A stretch of DNA of 64,000 nucleotides from Camelus ferus (Eukaryota), in NCBI RefSeq assembly GCF_009834535.1, contig NC_045696.1, positions 122,266,001 through 122,330,000 of the forward strand, read 5' to 3'. Made by a program: the position numbers and the translations under genes. The notes beneath the pieces were generated by a model, which had not been told where the DNA came from, ran no database searches, and saw nothing but the letters and a program-made list of their open reading frames with translations. Shown in pieces: positions 40,251 through 52,740 of this stretch. Each line of letters starts with the position of its first letter. The first letter of the stretch is position 1.

Positions 40251-42504
40251 CGGCTTTCACACACACCTTTCTCTCAGATCTGAGCATGTGGAGAGACGAT
40301 GGTTCATGTAGCACAAAGGGAACGGGTTGCAGGAGAAACTTTTACTCAGTTTTCTCAGTCTTTCCTAGTGCCGGTATGAAGTTACTGCAGTTTTCACTGT
40401 AAAACCGAGTTGGAGCTCGTACCTCCCCAAATATATGTATGGAGTGGAATATGCAAGTGAAAAGAAACTTTGTGTTCCCAACAAGCTAGGTGAAGGACGG
40501 CTTTCACACACACATTTCTCTCAGAAATGACCATGTGGAGAGACGTTCGTTCATCTTGCAAAAAGGGAACGGTTTGCAGGAGAAACTTTTTCTCTGGTTT
40601 CTCAGTCTGTTTCCTAGAGTCGGTTTGAAGTTCCTGCAGTTTTCACTGTAAAACCGAGTTGGTGCTCGTACCTCCCCATAAATATGTATGGATTGGAGTT
40701 TGCAACTGAATAGAAACTTTGGGTTCCCAACATTCAAGGTGAAGGACGGCTTTCACACACACTTTTCTCTCAGAAATGACCATGTAGAGAGACGTTCGTT
40801 CATCTTGCAAAAAGGGAACGGGTTGCAGGAGAATCTTTTACTCTGGTTTCTCAGTCAGTTTCCTAGTGCCGGTTGAAGTTCCTGCAGTTTTCAATGTAAA
40901 ACCAAGTTGGAGCTCGAACCTCCCCATATATATGTATGGAGTGGAATTTGCAACTGAAAAGAAACTTTTGTTCCCAACAAGCTAGGTGAAGGACGGCTTT
41001 CACACACACTTATCTCTCAGAACTGAGCATGTGGAGAGACGTTCGTTCATCTAGCACAAAGGGAATGTGTTGCAAGAGAAACTTTTACTCTGGTTTCTCA
41101 GTCTGTTTCCTAGTGCCGGTTTGAATTTCCTGCAGTTTTCACTGTAAAACTGAGTTGGAGCTCGTACCTCCCCATATATATGTATGGAGTGGAGTTTGCA
41201 ACTGAAAAGAAACTTTGTGTTCCCAACAAGCTAGGTGAAGGACGGCTTTCACACACAATTATCTCTCAGAACTGAGCTTCTGGGGAGACGTTCGTTCATT
41301 TAAAACATAGGGAACGGGTTTCTGGAGAAACTTTAACTCTGGTTTCTCTGTCTGTTCCTAGTGCCGGTTTGAAGTTCCTGCAGTTTTCACTGTAAAATCG
41401 AATTGAAGCTCATACCTCCCCATATATATGTATGGACTGGAGTTTGCAAGTGAAAAGAAACTTTGTGTTCCCAACAAGCTAAATTAAGGAAGGCTTTCAC
41501 ACATACATAACTCACAGAACTGAGCATGTGGAGAGACTTTCGTTCATCTAGCACAAAGGGAACGGGTTGCAGAAGAAATTATACTCTAGATTCTCAGTCT
41601 GTTTCCTAGTGCCTGTTTGAAGTTCCTGCAATTTTCACTGAAAACTGAGTTGGAGCTCGTACCTCCCCATATATAGTATGGAGTGGAGTTTGTAAGTGAA
41701 AAGAAACTTTGTGTTCCCAACAAGCTAAGTGAAGACGGCATTCACACACATTTATCTCTGAGAACTGAGCAGGTGGGGAGACGTTCGTTCATTTAACACA
41801 AGTGGAACCGGTTGCAGGAGAAACTTTTACTCTGGTTTCTCAGTCTGTTTCCTAGTGCCGGTTTGAAGTTCCTGCAGTTTTCACTGAAAACCGAGTTGGA
41901 GCTCGTACCTCCCATTTATGTAAGGAGTGGATTTTCCAAGTTAAAGAAACTTTGTGTTCCAACAAGCTAGGTGAAGGACGGGTTTCACACACAATTTTCT
42001 CTCAGAAGTGAGCATGTGGAGAGACGTTCGTTTATCTAGCACAGAGGGAACGGTTGCCGGAGAAACTTTTACTCTGGTTTCTCAGTCTGTTTCCTAGTGC
42101 CGGTTTGAAATTCCTGCAGTATTCACTGTAAAACCGATTTGGAGATCATACCTCCCCATATATATGTATGGAGTGGAGTTTGCAAGTGAAAAGAAACTTT
42201 GATTTCCCCACAAGCTAGGTGAAGGACGGCTTTCACACTCACATTCTTCTCAGAACTGAGCATGTGGAAAGACGTTCGTTCATCTAGCACAATGGTAACG
42301 GGTTGCAGGAGAAACGTTTACTCTGGTTTCTCAATCTGTTTCCTAGAGTCGGTTTGAAGTTCCTGCAGTTTTCACTGTAAAACCGAGTTGGAGCTCGTAC
42401 CTCCCCATATATATGTATGGAGTAGAATTTGCCACTGAAAAGAAACTTTGTGTCCCAACAAGCTAGTTGAAGGACGGCTTTCACACACACTTATCTCTCA
42501 GACC
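40251..42504 (+). repeat. Near-identical distant copy of ~1252-3518 (offset ~39.0 kb)
   Basis: ORF pair 1509/40504 (offset 38995). Shared private variants in the same order: TTCAATGTAAAACCAAG, GAGCTTCTGGGG, GCTAAATTAAGG, CATAACTCACAG, CAAGTGGAACCGG, CAATGGTAACG, CTCAGACC. Confidence 0.9.
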
Positions 42505-42604
42505 NNNNNNNNNNNNNNNNNNNNNNNNNNNNNNNNNNNNNNNNNNNNNNNNNNNNNNNNNNNNNNNNNNNNNNNNNNNNNNNNNNNNNNNNNNNNNNNN
42601 NNNN
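42505..42604. other. Assembly gap (100 N, likely placeholder of unknown size)
   Basis: Run of N. A length of 100 is consistent with the 34 X codons in the ORF track entry 42448..42681. Monomer variant types differ on the two sides. Confidence 0.97.
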
Positions 42605-45600
42605 GAGCTGGTACCACCTCATATATATGTATGGAGTGGAGTTTGCAACTGAAAAGAAACTTTGTGTTCCCAACAAGCTAGGTGAAGAATGGCTTTCACA
42701 CAAATATATCTCTCAGAATTGAGCATGTTGAGAGACGTTCGTTCATCTATCCCAAATGGAACGTGTTGCAGGAGAAACTATTACTCTGGTTTCTCAGTCT
42801 GTTTTCAAGTGCCGGTTTGAAGTTCCTGCAATTTTCACTGTAAAACCGAGTTGGAGCTATTCCATAACCACAGATTTTATGGATTGGAGTTTGCAACTGA
42901 AAACAATTTTTGTGTTCCCAACAAGCTAGGTGAAGGACGGCATTCACACACACGTATCTCAGAACTGAGCATGAGGAGAGACGTTCGTTCATCTAGCAGA
43001 AAGGGAACGGTTTGCAGGAGAAATTTTTACGCTGGTTTCTCCCAGTTTCTTAGTGCCAGTTTGAACTTCCTGCAGTTTTCACTTTAACACCGAGTTGGAG
43101 CTAGACAATACCCATAGATATGTATGGAGTGGAGTTTGCAAATGAAAAGAAACTTTGTGTTCCCAACAAGCTAGTTGAAGGACGGCTTTCACACACACTT
43201 ATGTCTCAGAACTTAGCATGTGGAGAGACGTTCGTTCATCTAGCACAAAGGGAACGGGTTGCAGGGGAAACTTTTACTCTGGTTTCTCAGTCTGTTTCCT
43301 AGTGCCGGTTTGAAGTTCCTGCACTTTTCTCTGTAAAACCGAGTTGGAGCTAGTCCGTACCCATAAAAATGTATGGAGTGAAATTTGTTAAGGAAAAAAA
43401 ACTTTGTGTTCCCAACAAGCTATGTGAAGGAAGGCTTTCACACACAATTATCTCTCAGAACTGAGCATGTGGAGAGATTTTCGTTCATCTAGCACAAAGG
43501 GAACGGGTTGCAGGTGAAACTTTTACTCTGGTTTCTCAGTCTGTTTCCTACTGCCGGTTTGAAGTTCCTGCAGTTTTCACTGTAAAACAGATTTGGAGCT
43601 AGTACCCCCCATATATATGTATGGAGTGGAGTTTGCAACTGAAAAGAAACTTTGTGTTCCCAACAAGCTAGGTGAATTACGGCTTTCACACACATATCTC
43701 TCCGATCTCAGCATGTGGAGAGACGTTCGTTCATCTAGCACAAAGGGAACGAATTGCAGGAGAAACTTTTTCTCTGGATTCTCAGTCTGTTTCCTAGTGC
43801 CGGTTAGAAGTTCCTGCAGTTTTCCCTTTAAAACCGAGTTGGAGCTAGTACCTCCCCATATATATGTATGGAGTGGGGTTTGCAACCTAAAAGAAACTTT
43901 GTGTTCCAAACAAGTTAGGTGAAGTTCGTCTTTCACACATAATTTTCTCTCAGAAATGAGCAGGTGGAGAGACGTTCGTTCATCTAGCAGAAAGGGAACG
44001 GGTTGCAGGGGAAACTTATCTCTGGTTTCTCACTCTGTTTCCTCGTGCCGGTTTGAAGTTCCTGCAGTTTTCACTGTAAAACCGAGTTGGAGCTAGCCCA
44101 TACCCATAGATATGTATGGAGTGGAGTTTGCAACTGAAAAGAAACTCTGTGTTCCCAACAAGCTAGGTGAAGGAGGCTTTCGACACACTGATCTCTCAGA
44201 ATTCAGCATGTGGAGAGACGTTTTTATCTAGCAGAAAGGGAACGGGTTGCATTAGAAACTTTTACTCTGGTTTCTCAGCCTGTTTCCTAGTGCCGGTATG
44301 AAATTTCTGCAGTTTTCACTGTAAATCCGAGTTGGAGATAGTACCTTCCCGTATATAAATATGGAGAGGTGTTTGCACCTGAAAAGAAACTTTGTGTTCG
44401 AAATAAGCTAGGTGAATTTCGGCTTTCACACACACTTATCTCTCAGAATTGAGCATGTGGAGAGACGTTCGTTCATCTAGCAAAAAGGGAACGGTTTGCT
44501 GTAGAAACTTTTCTCTGGTTTCTCACACTGTTTCCTCGTGCCGGTTTGAAGTTCCTGCAGTTTTCACTGTAAAACCGAGTTGGAACTAGCCCATACCCAT
44601 AGATATGTATGGAGTGGAGTTTGCAACTGAAAAGAAACTCTGTGTTCCCAACAAGCTAGGTGAAGGACGGCTTTCACACACACTGATCTCTCAGAACTGA
44701 GCATGTGGAGAGATGTTCGTTCATCTAGCACAAACGGAACGGGTTGCTGGTGAAACTTTTACTCTGGTTTCACAGTCTGTTTCCTACTGCCTGGTTGAAG
44801 TTCCTGCAGTTTCAGTGTAATACCGAGTTCGAGCTAGTACCTCCCCATATATAGTAAGGAGTGGAGTTTGCAACTGAAAAGAAAATTTGGGTTCCCAACA
44901 AGCTAGGTGAATTACGGCTTTCACACACACATATCTCTCCGATCTGAGCAAGTGGAGAGACGTTCGTTCATCTAGCAAAACGGGAACGGTTTGCAGGAGA
45001 AACTTTTACTCTGGTTTCTCAGTTTGTTTCCTAGTGCCGGTTAGAATTTCCTGCAGTTTTCACTGTAACACCGAGTTGGAGCTTGCGCATATCCATAGGT
45101 ATATATGGAGTGGAGTTTGCTACTGAAAAGAAACTTTGTGTTCCCAACAAGCTAGGTGAAATACGGCTTTCACACACATTTATCTCTCCGAACTGAGCAT
45201 GTGGAGGGACTTTCGTTCATCTAGCACAAAGGGAACGGGTTGCAGGAGAAATTTTACTCTGGTATCTCAGTCTGTTTCCTAGTGCTGGTTTGAAGTTCCT
45301 GCAGTTTCCACTGTAAAACAGAGTTTGAAATAGTCCCTACCCATAGATATGTATGGAGTGGAGTTTGTTTATGAAAAGAAACTTTGTGTTCCCAACAAGC
45401 TACCTGAAGGGAGGCATTCACACACACATATCTCTCAGAACTGAGCATGTGGAGAGACGTTCGTTCATCTTGCACAAAGGGAACGCGTTGCAGGAGAAAC
45501 ATTTACTCTGGATTCTCAGCCTGTTTCCTAGTGCTGTTTGAAGTTTCTGAAGTTTTCACTGTAAAACCGCGTTGGAGCTAGACCATACCCATATATAGTA

Positions 45601-48600
45601 TGGATTTGTGTTTGCAACTGAAAAGAATCTTTGTGTTCCCAACAAGCTAGGTGAAGGACGGCTTTCACACACACATATCTCTCAGAACTGAGCATGTGGA
45701 GAGACGATCGTTCATCTAGCACAAATGGAACGGGTGGCAGGGGAAACTTTTACTCTGGTTTCTCAGTCTGATTCCTAGTACCGGATTGAAGTTCCTGCAG
45801 TTTTCCCTGTAAAACCGAGTTGGAGCTAGTACCTCCCCATATATATGTATGGAGTGGAGTTTATACCTAAAAGAAACTTTGTGTTCCCAACAAGCTAGGT
45901 GAAGGACGGCTTTCACATAATTTCTCTCAGAAATGAGCATGTGGGGAGACGTTCTTTCATCTAGCACAAAGGGAACTTTTGCAGGAGAAACTTTAAATCT
46001 GGATGCTCAGTGTGTTTCCTAGTGCCGGTTTGAAGTTCCTGCAATTTTCACTGAAAAAGTTGTTGGGGCTAGTACCTCCCATATATGTATGGATGGAGTT
46101 TGCACCTGAAAAGAAACTCTGTGTTCCCAATAGCTAGGTGAATTTCGGCTCACACACAATTATCCTACGAACTGAGCATTGTGAAGAGGGGGACGTTCGT
46201 TACCTAGCACAAAGGGAACGGTTGCAGGGTGAAATTTTACTCTGGTTCTCAGTCTGTTTCATACTGCCGGTTTGAAGTTCCTGCAGTTTTCACTGTAAAA
46301 GAGATTTGGAGATAGTACCTCCCATATATATGTATGGAGTGGAGGTTTGCAACTGAAAGAAACTTGTGTTCCCAACAAGCTAGGTGAAATTCGGCTTTCA
46401 CACACAATTATCTCTCAGAACTGAGCATGTGGAGAGACGTTCGTTTATCTAGCACAAAGGAATGGGTTGCAGGAGAAACTTTTACTCTGGTTTCTCAGTA
46501 TATTTCTAGTGCTGGTTGAAGTTTCTGCAGTTTTCACTGTAAAACCGAGTTGGAGCTTGCACATACCCATAGATATGTATGGATTGGAGTTTGCAACTGA
46601 AAAGAAACTTTGTGTTCCCAACAAGCTAGGTGAAATTCGGCTTTCACACACACTTATCTCTCAGAACTGAGCATGTGGAGGGACGTTCGTTTATCTAGCA
46701 CAAAGGAATGGGTTGCAGGAGAAACTTTTACTCTGGTTTCTCTGTCTGTTTCACAGTTTCGGTTTGCTGTTCCTGAAGTATTCACTGTAAAACCGAGATG
46801 GAGCTATTACCTCCCCATATATATGAAAGGATTGGAGTTTGCAAATGAAAAGAAACTTTGTGTTCCCAACAAGCAAGGAGAAGGACTGTTTTAACTCACA
46901 CATATGTCTCAGAACTGAGCATTTGGATGAGACGTACGTTCATCTAGCACAAAGGGAATGGATTTCAGGAGAAACTATTACTCTGGTTTCTCAGTCTGTT
47001 TCTAGTGCGGGGTAGAACTTCCTGCATTTTTCCCTGTAAAACCGAGCTGGAGCTATTACCTCCCCATATATAAGTATGGAGTGGATTTTGCAACCTAAAG
47101 AAACTTTGAGTTCCAAACTAGTTAGTTGAAGTCGTATTTCACACATAATTTTCTCTCAGACATGAGCATGTGGAGAGACGTTCGTTCATCTAGCAGAAAG
47201 GGAACGGGTTGCAGGGGAAACTTTTACTCTGGTTTCTCAGTCTGTTTCCTAGTGCTGGTTTGAAGTTTCTGCAGTTTTCACTGTAAAACCGAGTTTGAGC
47301 TTGCCCATACCCATAGATATATATGGAGTGGAGTTTGCATCTGAAAAGAAACATTGTGTTCCAAACAAGCTAGGTGAAGGACGGCTTTCAGACACACTGA
47401 TCTCTCAGAACTGAGCATGTGGAGAGATGTTCGTTCATCTAGCACAAACGGAACGGGTTGCTGGTGAAACTTTTACTCTGGTTTCACAGTCTGTTTCCTA
47501 CTGCCTGGTTGAAGTTCCTGCAGTTTTCAGTGTAATACCGAGTTCGAGCTAGTACCTCCCCATATATATGTAAGGAGTGGAGTTTGCAACTGAAAAGAAA
47601 ATTTGGGTTCCCAAACAAGCTAGGTGAATTACGGCTTTCACACACACATATCTCTCCGATCTGAGCAAGTGGAGAGACGTTCGTTCATCTAGCAAAACGG
47701 GAACGGTTTGCAGGAGAAACTTTTACTCTGGTTTCTCAGTTTGTTTCCTAGTGCCGTTTAGAATTTCCTGCAGTTTTCACTGTAACACCGAGTTGGAGCT
47801 TGCGCATATCCATAGGTATATATGGAGTGGAGTTTGCAACTGAAAAGAAACTTTGTGTTCCCAACAAGCTAGTTTGAAGTACGGCTTTCACACACATTTA
47901 TCTCTCCGAACTGAGCATGTGGAGGGACTTTCGTTCATCTAGCACAAAGGGAACGGGTTGCAGGAGAAATTTTACTCTGGTATCTCAGTCTGTTTCCTAG
48001 TGCTGGTTTGAAGATCCTGCAGTTTCCACTGTAAAACAGAGTTTGAAATAGTCCCTACCCATAGATATGTATGGAGTGGAGTTTGTTTATGAAAAGAAAC
48101 TTTGTGTTCCCAACAAGCTACCTGAAGGGAGGCATTCACACACACTTATCTCTCAGAATTCAGCATGTGGAGAGACGTTCGTTTATCTAGCAGAAAGGGA
48201 ACGGGTTGCATTAGAAACTTTACTCTGGTTCTCAGTCTGTTTCCGAGTGCCGGTTTAAATTTCCTACAGTTTTCACTGTATAACCGCGTTGGAGCTAGAA
48301 CATAGCCATATATATGTATGGATTTGTGTTTGCAACTGAAAAGAAACTTTGTGTTCCCAACAAGCTAGGTGAAGGACGGCTTTCACACACACATATCTCT
48401 CAGAACTGAGCATGTGGAGAGACGTTCGTTCATCTTGCACAAAGGGAACGCGTTGCAGGAGAAACATTTACTCTGGATTCTCAGCCTGTTTCCTAGTGCT
48501 TGTTTGAAGTTTCTGAAGTTTTCACTGTAAACCGCGTTGGAGCTAGACCATACCCATATATATGTATGGATTTGTGTTTGCAACTGAAAAGAATCTTTGT

Positions 48601-51600
48601 GTTCCCAACAAGCTAGGTGAAGGACGCCTTTCACACACACATATCTCTCAGAACTGAGCATGTGGAGAGACGATCGTTCATCTAGCACAAATGGAACGGG
48701 TGGCAGGGGAAACTTTTACTCTGGTTTCTCAGTCTGATTCCTAGTACCGGATTGAAGTTCCTGCAGTTTTCCCTGTTAAAACCGAGTTGGAGCTAGTACC
48801 TCCCCATATATATGTATGGAGTGGAGTTTATACCTAAAAGGAAACTTTGTGTTCCCAACAAGCTAGGTGAAGGACGGCTTTCACACATAATTTTTCTCTC
48901 AGAAATGAGCATGTGGGAGGACGTTCTTTCATCTAGCACAAAGGGAACTTTTTGCAGGAGAACTTTAAATCTGGATGCTCAGTGTGTTTCCTAGTGCCGG
49001 TTTGAAGTTCCTGCAATTTTCACTGAAAAAGTTGTTGGGGCTAGTACCTCCCCATATATTGTATGGACTGGAGTTTGCACCTGAAAAGAAACTTTGTGTT
49101 CCCAATAAGCTAGGTGAATTTCGGCTTTCACACACACTTATCTCTAAGAACTGAGCAGTGTGAAGAGACGTTCGTTCACCTAGCACAAAGGGAACGGTTT
49201 GCAGGTGAAATTTTACTCTGGTTCTCAGGTCTGTTTCCTACTGCCGGTTTGAAGTTCCTGCAGTGTTCACTGTAAAAAGAGATTTGGAGCTAGTACCTCC
49301 CCATATATATGTATGGAGTGGAGGTTGCAACTGAAAGAAACTTTGTGTTCCCAACAAGCTAGGTGAAATTCGGCTTTCACACACAATTATCTCTCAGAAC
49401 TGAGCATGTGGAGAGACGTTCGTTTATCTAGCACAAAGGAATGGGGTTGCAGGAGAAAACTTTTACTCTGGTTTCTCAGTATATTTTCCTAGTGCTGGTT
49501 TGAAGTTTCTGCAGTTTTCACTGTAAAACCGAGTTGGAGCTTGCACATACCCATAGATATGTATGGATTGGAGTTTGCAACTGAAAGAAACTTTGTGTTC
49601 CCAACAAGCTAGGTGAAATTCGGCTTTCACACACACTTATCTCTCAGAACTGAGCATGTGGAGGGACGTTCGTTTATCTAGCACAAAGGAATGGGTTGCA
49701 GGAGAAACTTTACTCTGGTTTCTCTGTCTGTTTCACAGTTTCGGTTTGCTGTTCCTGAAGTATTCACTGTAAAACCGAGATGGAGCTTATTACCTCCCCA
49801 TATATATGAAAGGATTGGAGTTTGCAAATGAAAAGAAACTTTGTGTTCCAACAAGCAAGGAGAAGGACTGTTTTAACTCACACATATGTCTCAGAACTGA
49901 GCATTTGGAGAGACGTACGTTCATCTAGCACAAAGGGAATGGATTTCAGGAGAAACTATACTCTGGTTTCTCAGTCTGTTTCCTAGGTGCGGGGTAGAAC
50001 TTCCTGCATTTTTCCCTGTAAAAACCGAGCTGGAGCTATTACCTCCCCATATATAAGTATGGAGTGGATTTTGCAACCTAAAAGAAACTTTGAGTTCCAA
50101 ACTAGTTAGTTGAAGTCGTATTTCACACATAATTTTCTCTCAGAAATGAGCATGTGGAGAGACGTTCGTTCATCTAGCAGAAAGGGAACGGGTTGCAGGG
50201 GAAACTATTACTCTGGTTTCTCAGTCTGTTTCTAGTGCTGGTTTGAAGTTTCTGCAGTTTTTCACTGTAAAAACCGAGTTTGAGCTTGCCCATACCCATA
50301 GATATGTATGGAGTGGAGTTTGCAACTGAAAAGAAACATTGTGTTCCAAACAAGCTAGGTGAAGGACGGCTTTCAGACACACTGATCTCTCAGAACTGAG
50401 CATGTGGAGAGATGTTCGTTCATCTAGCACATAGGGAACGGGTTGCAGGTGAAACTTTTACTCTGGTTTCTCAGTCTGTTTCCTACTGCCGGTTTGAAGT
50501 TCCTGCAGTTTTCCCTGTAATACCGAGTTGGAGATAGTACCTCCCCATATATATGTATGGAGTGGAGTTTGTACCTAAAAGAAACTTTGTGTTCCCAACA
50601 AGCTAGGTGAAGGACGGCTTTCACACATAGTTTTTCTCTCAGAAATGGTCATGTGGGGAGAAGTTCGTTCATCTAGCACAAAGGGAACGTGTTGCAGGAG
50701 AAACTTTATATCTGGATGCTCAGTGTGTTTCCTAGTGCCGGTTTGAATTTCCTGCAATTTTCACTGAAAAAGGTGTTGGGTCTAGTACCACCCCATATAT
50801 AAGTATGGAGTGGATTTTGCACCTGAAAAGAAACTTTGTTTTCCTAACAAGCTAGTTGAAGTACGGCTTTCACACACACTTATGTCTCAGAACTGAGCAT
50901 GTGGAGAGACGTTCGTTCATCTAGCACAAAGGGAACGGGTTGCAGGGGATACTTTTACTCTGGTTTCTCAGTCTGTTTCCGAGTGCCCGTTTGAATTTCC
51001 TGCAGTTTTCTCTGTAAAACAGTGTTGGAGGTAGTCCCTACACATAGATATGTATGGAGTGAATTTTGTTAATGAAAAGAAACTTTGTGTTCCCCACCAG
51101 CTATGTGAAGGACGGCTTTCACACACACTTATCTCTCAGAACTGAGCATGTGGAGAGACGTTCGTTCATCTAGCACAAAGGGAACGGCTTGCAGGAGAAA
51201 CTTTTACTCTGGCTTCTCAGTCTTTTTCCTAGTGCCGGTTTGAAGTTCCTGCAGTTTTCATTGTAAAACCGAGTTGGAACTAGTACCTCCCCATATATAT
51301 ATATGGAGTGGAGTTGGCAACTGGAAAGAAACATTGTGTTCCCAACAAGCTACCTGAAGGACGGCTTGCACACACACTTATCACTCACAACTGAGCATGT
51401 GGAGAGATGTTCTTTCATCTAGCAAAAAGGGAACGGGTTGCAGGAGAAATTTTACTCTGGTTTCTCAGTCTGATACCTAGTGCCGGTTTGAAGTTCCTGC
51501 AGTTTTCAGTGTAAAACCGATTTGGAGCTGGTACCACCTCATATATATGTATGGATTGGAGTTTGCAACTGAAAAGAAACTTTGTGTTCCCAACAAGCTA

Positions 51601-52735
51601 GGTGAAGAATGGCTTTCACACAAATATATCTCTCAGAATTGAGCATGTTGAGAGACGTTCGTTCATCTATCCCAATTGGAACGTGTTGCAGGAGAAACTA
51701 TTACTCTGGTTTCTCAGTCTGTTTTCAAGTGCCGGTTTGAAGTTCCTGCAATTTTCACTGTAAAACCGAGTTGGAGCTATTCCATAACCACAGATATTTA
51801 TGGATTGGAGTTTGCAACTGAAAACAATTTTTGTGTTCCCAACAAGCTAGGTGAAGGACGGCATTCACACACACGTATCTCAGAACTGAGCATGAGGAGA
51901 GACGTTCGTTCATCTAGCAGAAAGGGAACGGTTTGCAGGAGAAATTTTACGCTGGTTTCTCAGCCAGTTTCTTAGTGCCAGTTTGAACTTCCTGCAGTTT
52001 TCACTTTAACACCGAGTTGGAGCTAGACAATACCCATAGATATGTATGGAGTGGAGTTTGCAAATGAAAAGAAACTTTGTGTTCCCAACAAGCTAGTTGA
52101 AGGACGGCTTTCACACACACTTATGTCTCAGAACTTAGCATGTGGAGAGACGTTCGTTCATCTAGCACAAAGGGAACGGGTTGCAGGGGAAACTTTTACT
52201 CTGGTTTCTCAGTCTGTTTCCTAGTGCCGGTTTGAAGTTCCTGCACTTTTCTTTGTAAAACCGAGTTGGAGCTAGTCCGTACCCATAAAAATGTATGGAG
52301 TGAAATTTGTTAAGGAAAAAAAAACTTTGTGTTCCCAACAAGCTATGTGAAGGAAGGCTTTCACACACAATTATCTCTCAGAACTGAGCATGTGGAGAGA
52401 TTTTCGTTCATCTAGCACAAAGGGAACGGGTTTGCAGGTGAAACTTTTACTCTGGTTTCTCAGTCTGTTTCCTACTGCCGGTTTGAAGTTCCTGCAGTTT
52501 TCACTGTAAAACAGATTTGGAGCTAGTACCCCCCCATATATATGTATGGAGTGGAGTTTGCATCTGAAAAGAAACTTTGTGTTCCCAACAAGCTAGGTGA
52601 ATTACGGCTTTCACACACACATATCTCTCCGATCTCAGCATGTGGAGAGACGTTCGTTCATCTAGCACAAAGGGAACGAATTGCAGGAGAAACTTTTTCT
52701 CTGGATTTCTCAGTCTGTTTCCTAGTGCCGGTTTA
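42605..52735 (+). repeat. Block 42605-~43810 repeated at 51525-~52735 (offset ~8920, 36 monomers)
   Basis: GTACCACCTC at 42611/51531; identical ORF translations at 43120/52042 (offset 8922); private variants CTATTCCATAACCACAGAT and TTTAACACCGAG are shared. Confidence 0.9.
44680..50430 (+). repeat. Tandem duplication: 11-monomer copy followed by 12-monomer copy
   Basis: CAAACGGAACGGGTTGCTGG at 44731/47445 (offset 2714). After an extra monomer at ~48140-48390 the offset becomes ~2965-2985 (TGCACAAAGGGAACGCG 45471/48436; GACACACTGATC 47391/50376). Confidence 0.88.
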
Positions 52736-52740
52736 GAAAG

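Larger units (their letters stand above)
1..42504 (+). repeat. Tandem satellite array, ~249-bp monomer, domain 1 (left of gap, ~171 monomers)
   Basis: Continuous periodicity, e.g. TTGCAA..GAAAAGAAACTTTG at 2202 and 2451 (249 bp apart). Landmark motifs (GAGAGACGTTCGTTCATCTAGCAC, CTGCAGTTTTCACTGTAAAA, CCCCATATATATGTATGGAG) recur in fixed order with no intervening unique DNA. Most monomers carry GGAGCTCGTAC. Confidence 0.99.
42605..52740 (+). repeat. Same satellite family, domain 2 (distinct monomer variants)
   Basis: Same 249-bp backbone and orientation, with frequent GGAGCTAGTAC, (C/G)TACCCATAGATATG, GGTGAATT(A/T)CGG and CTAGCAGAAAGGG variants that are rare or not noticed left of the gap. Confidence 0.93.
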
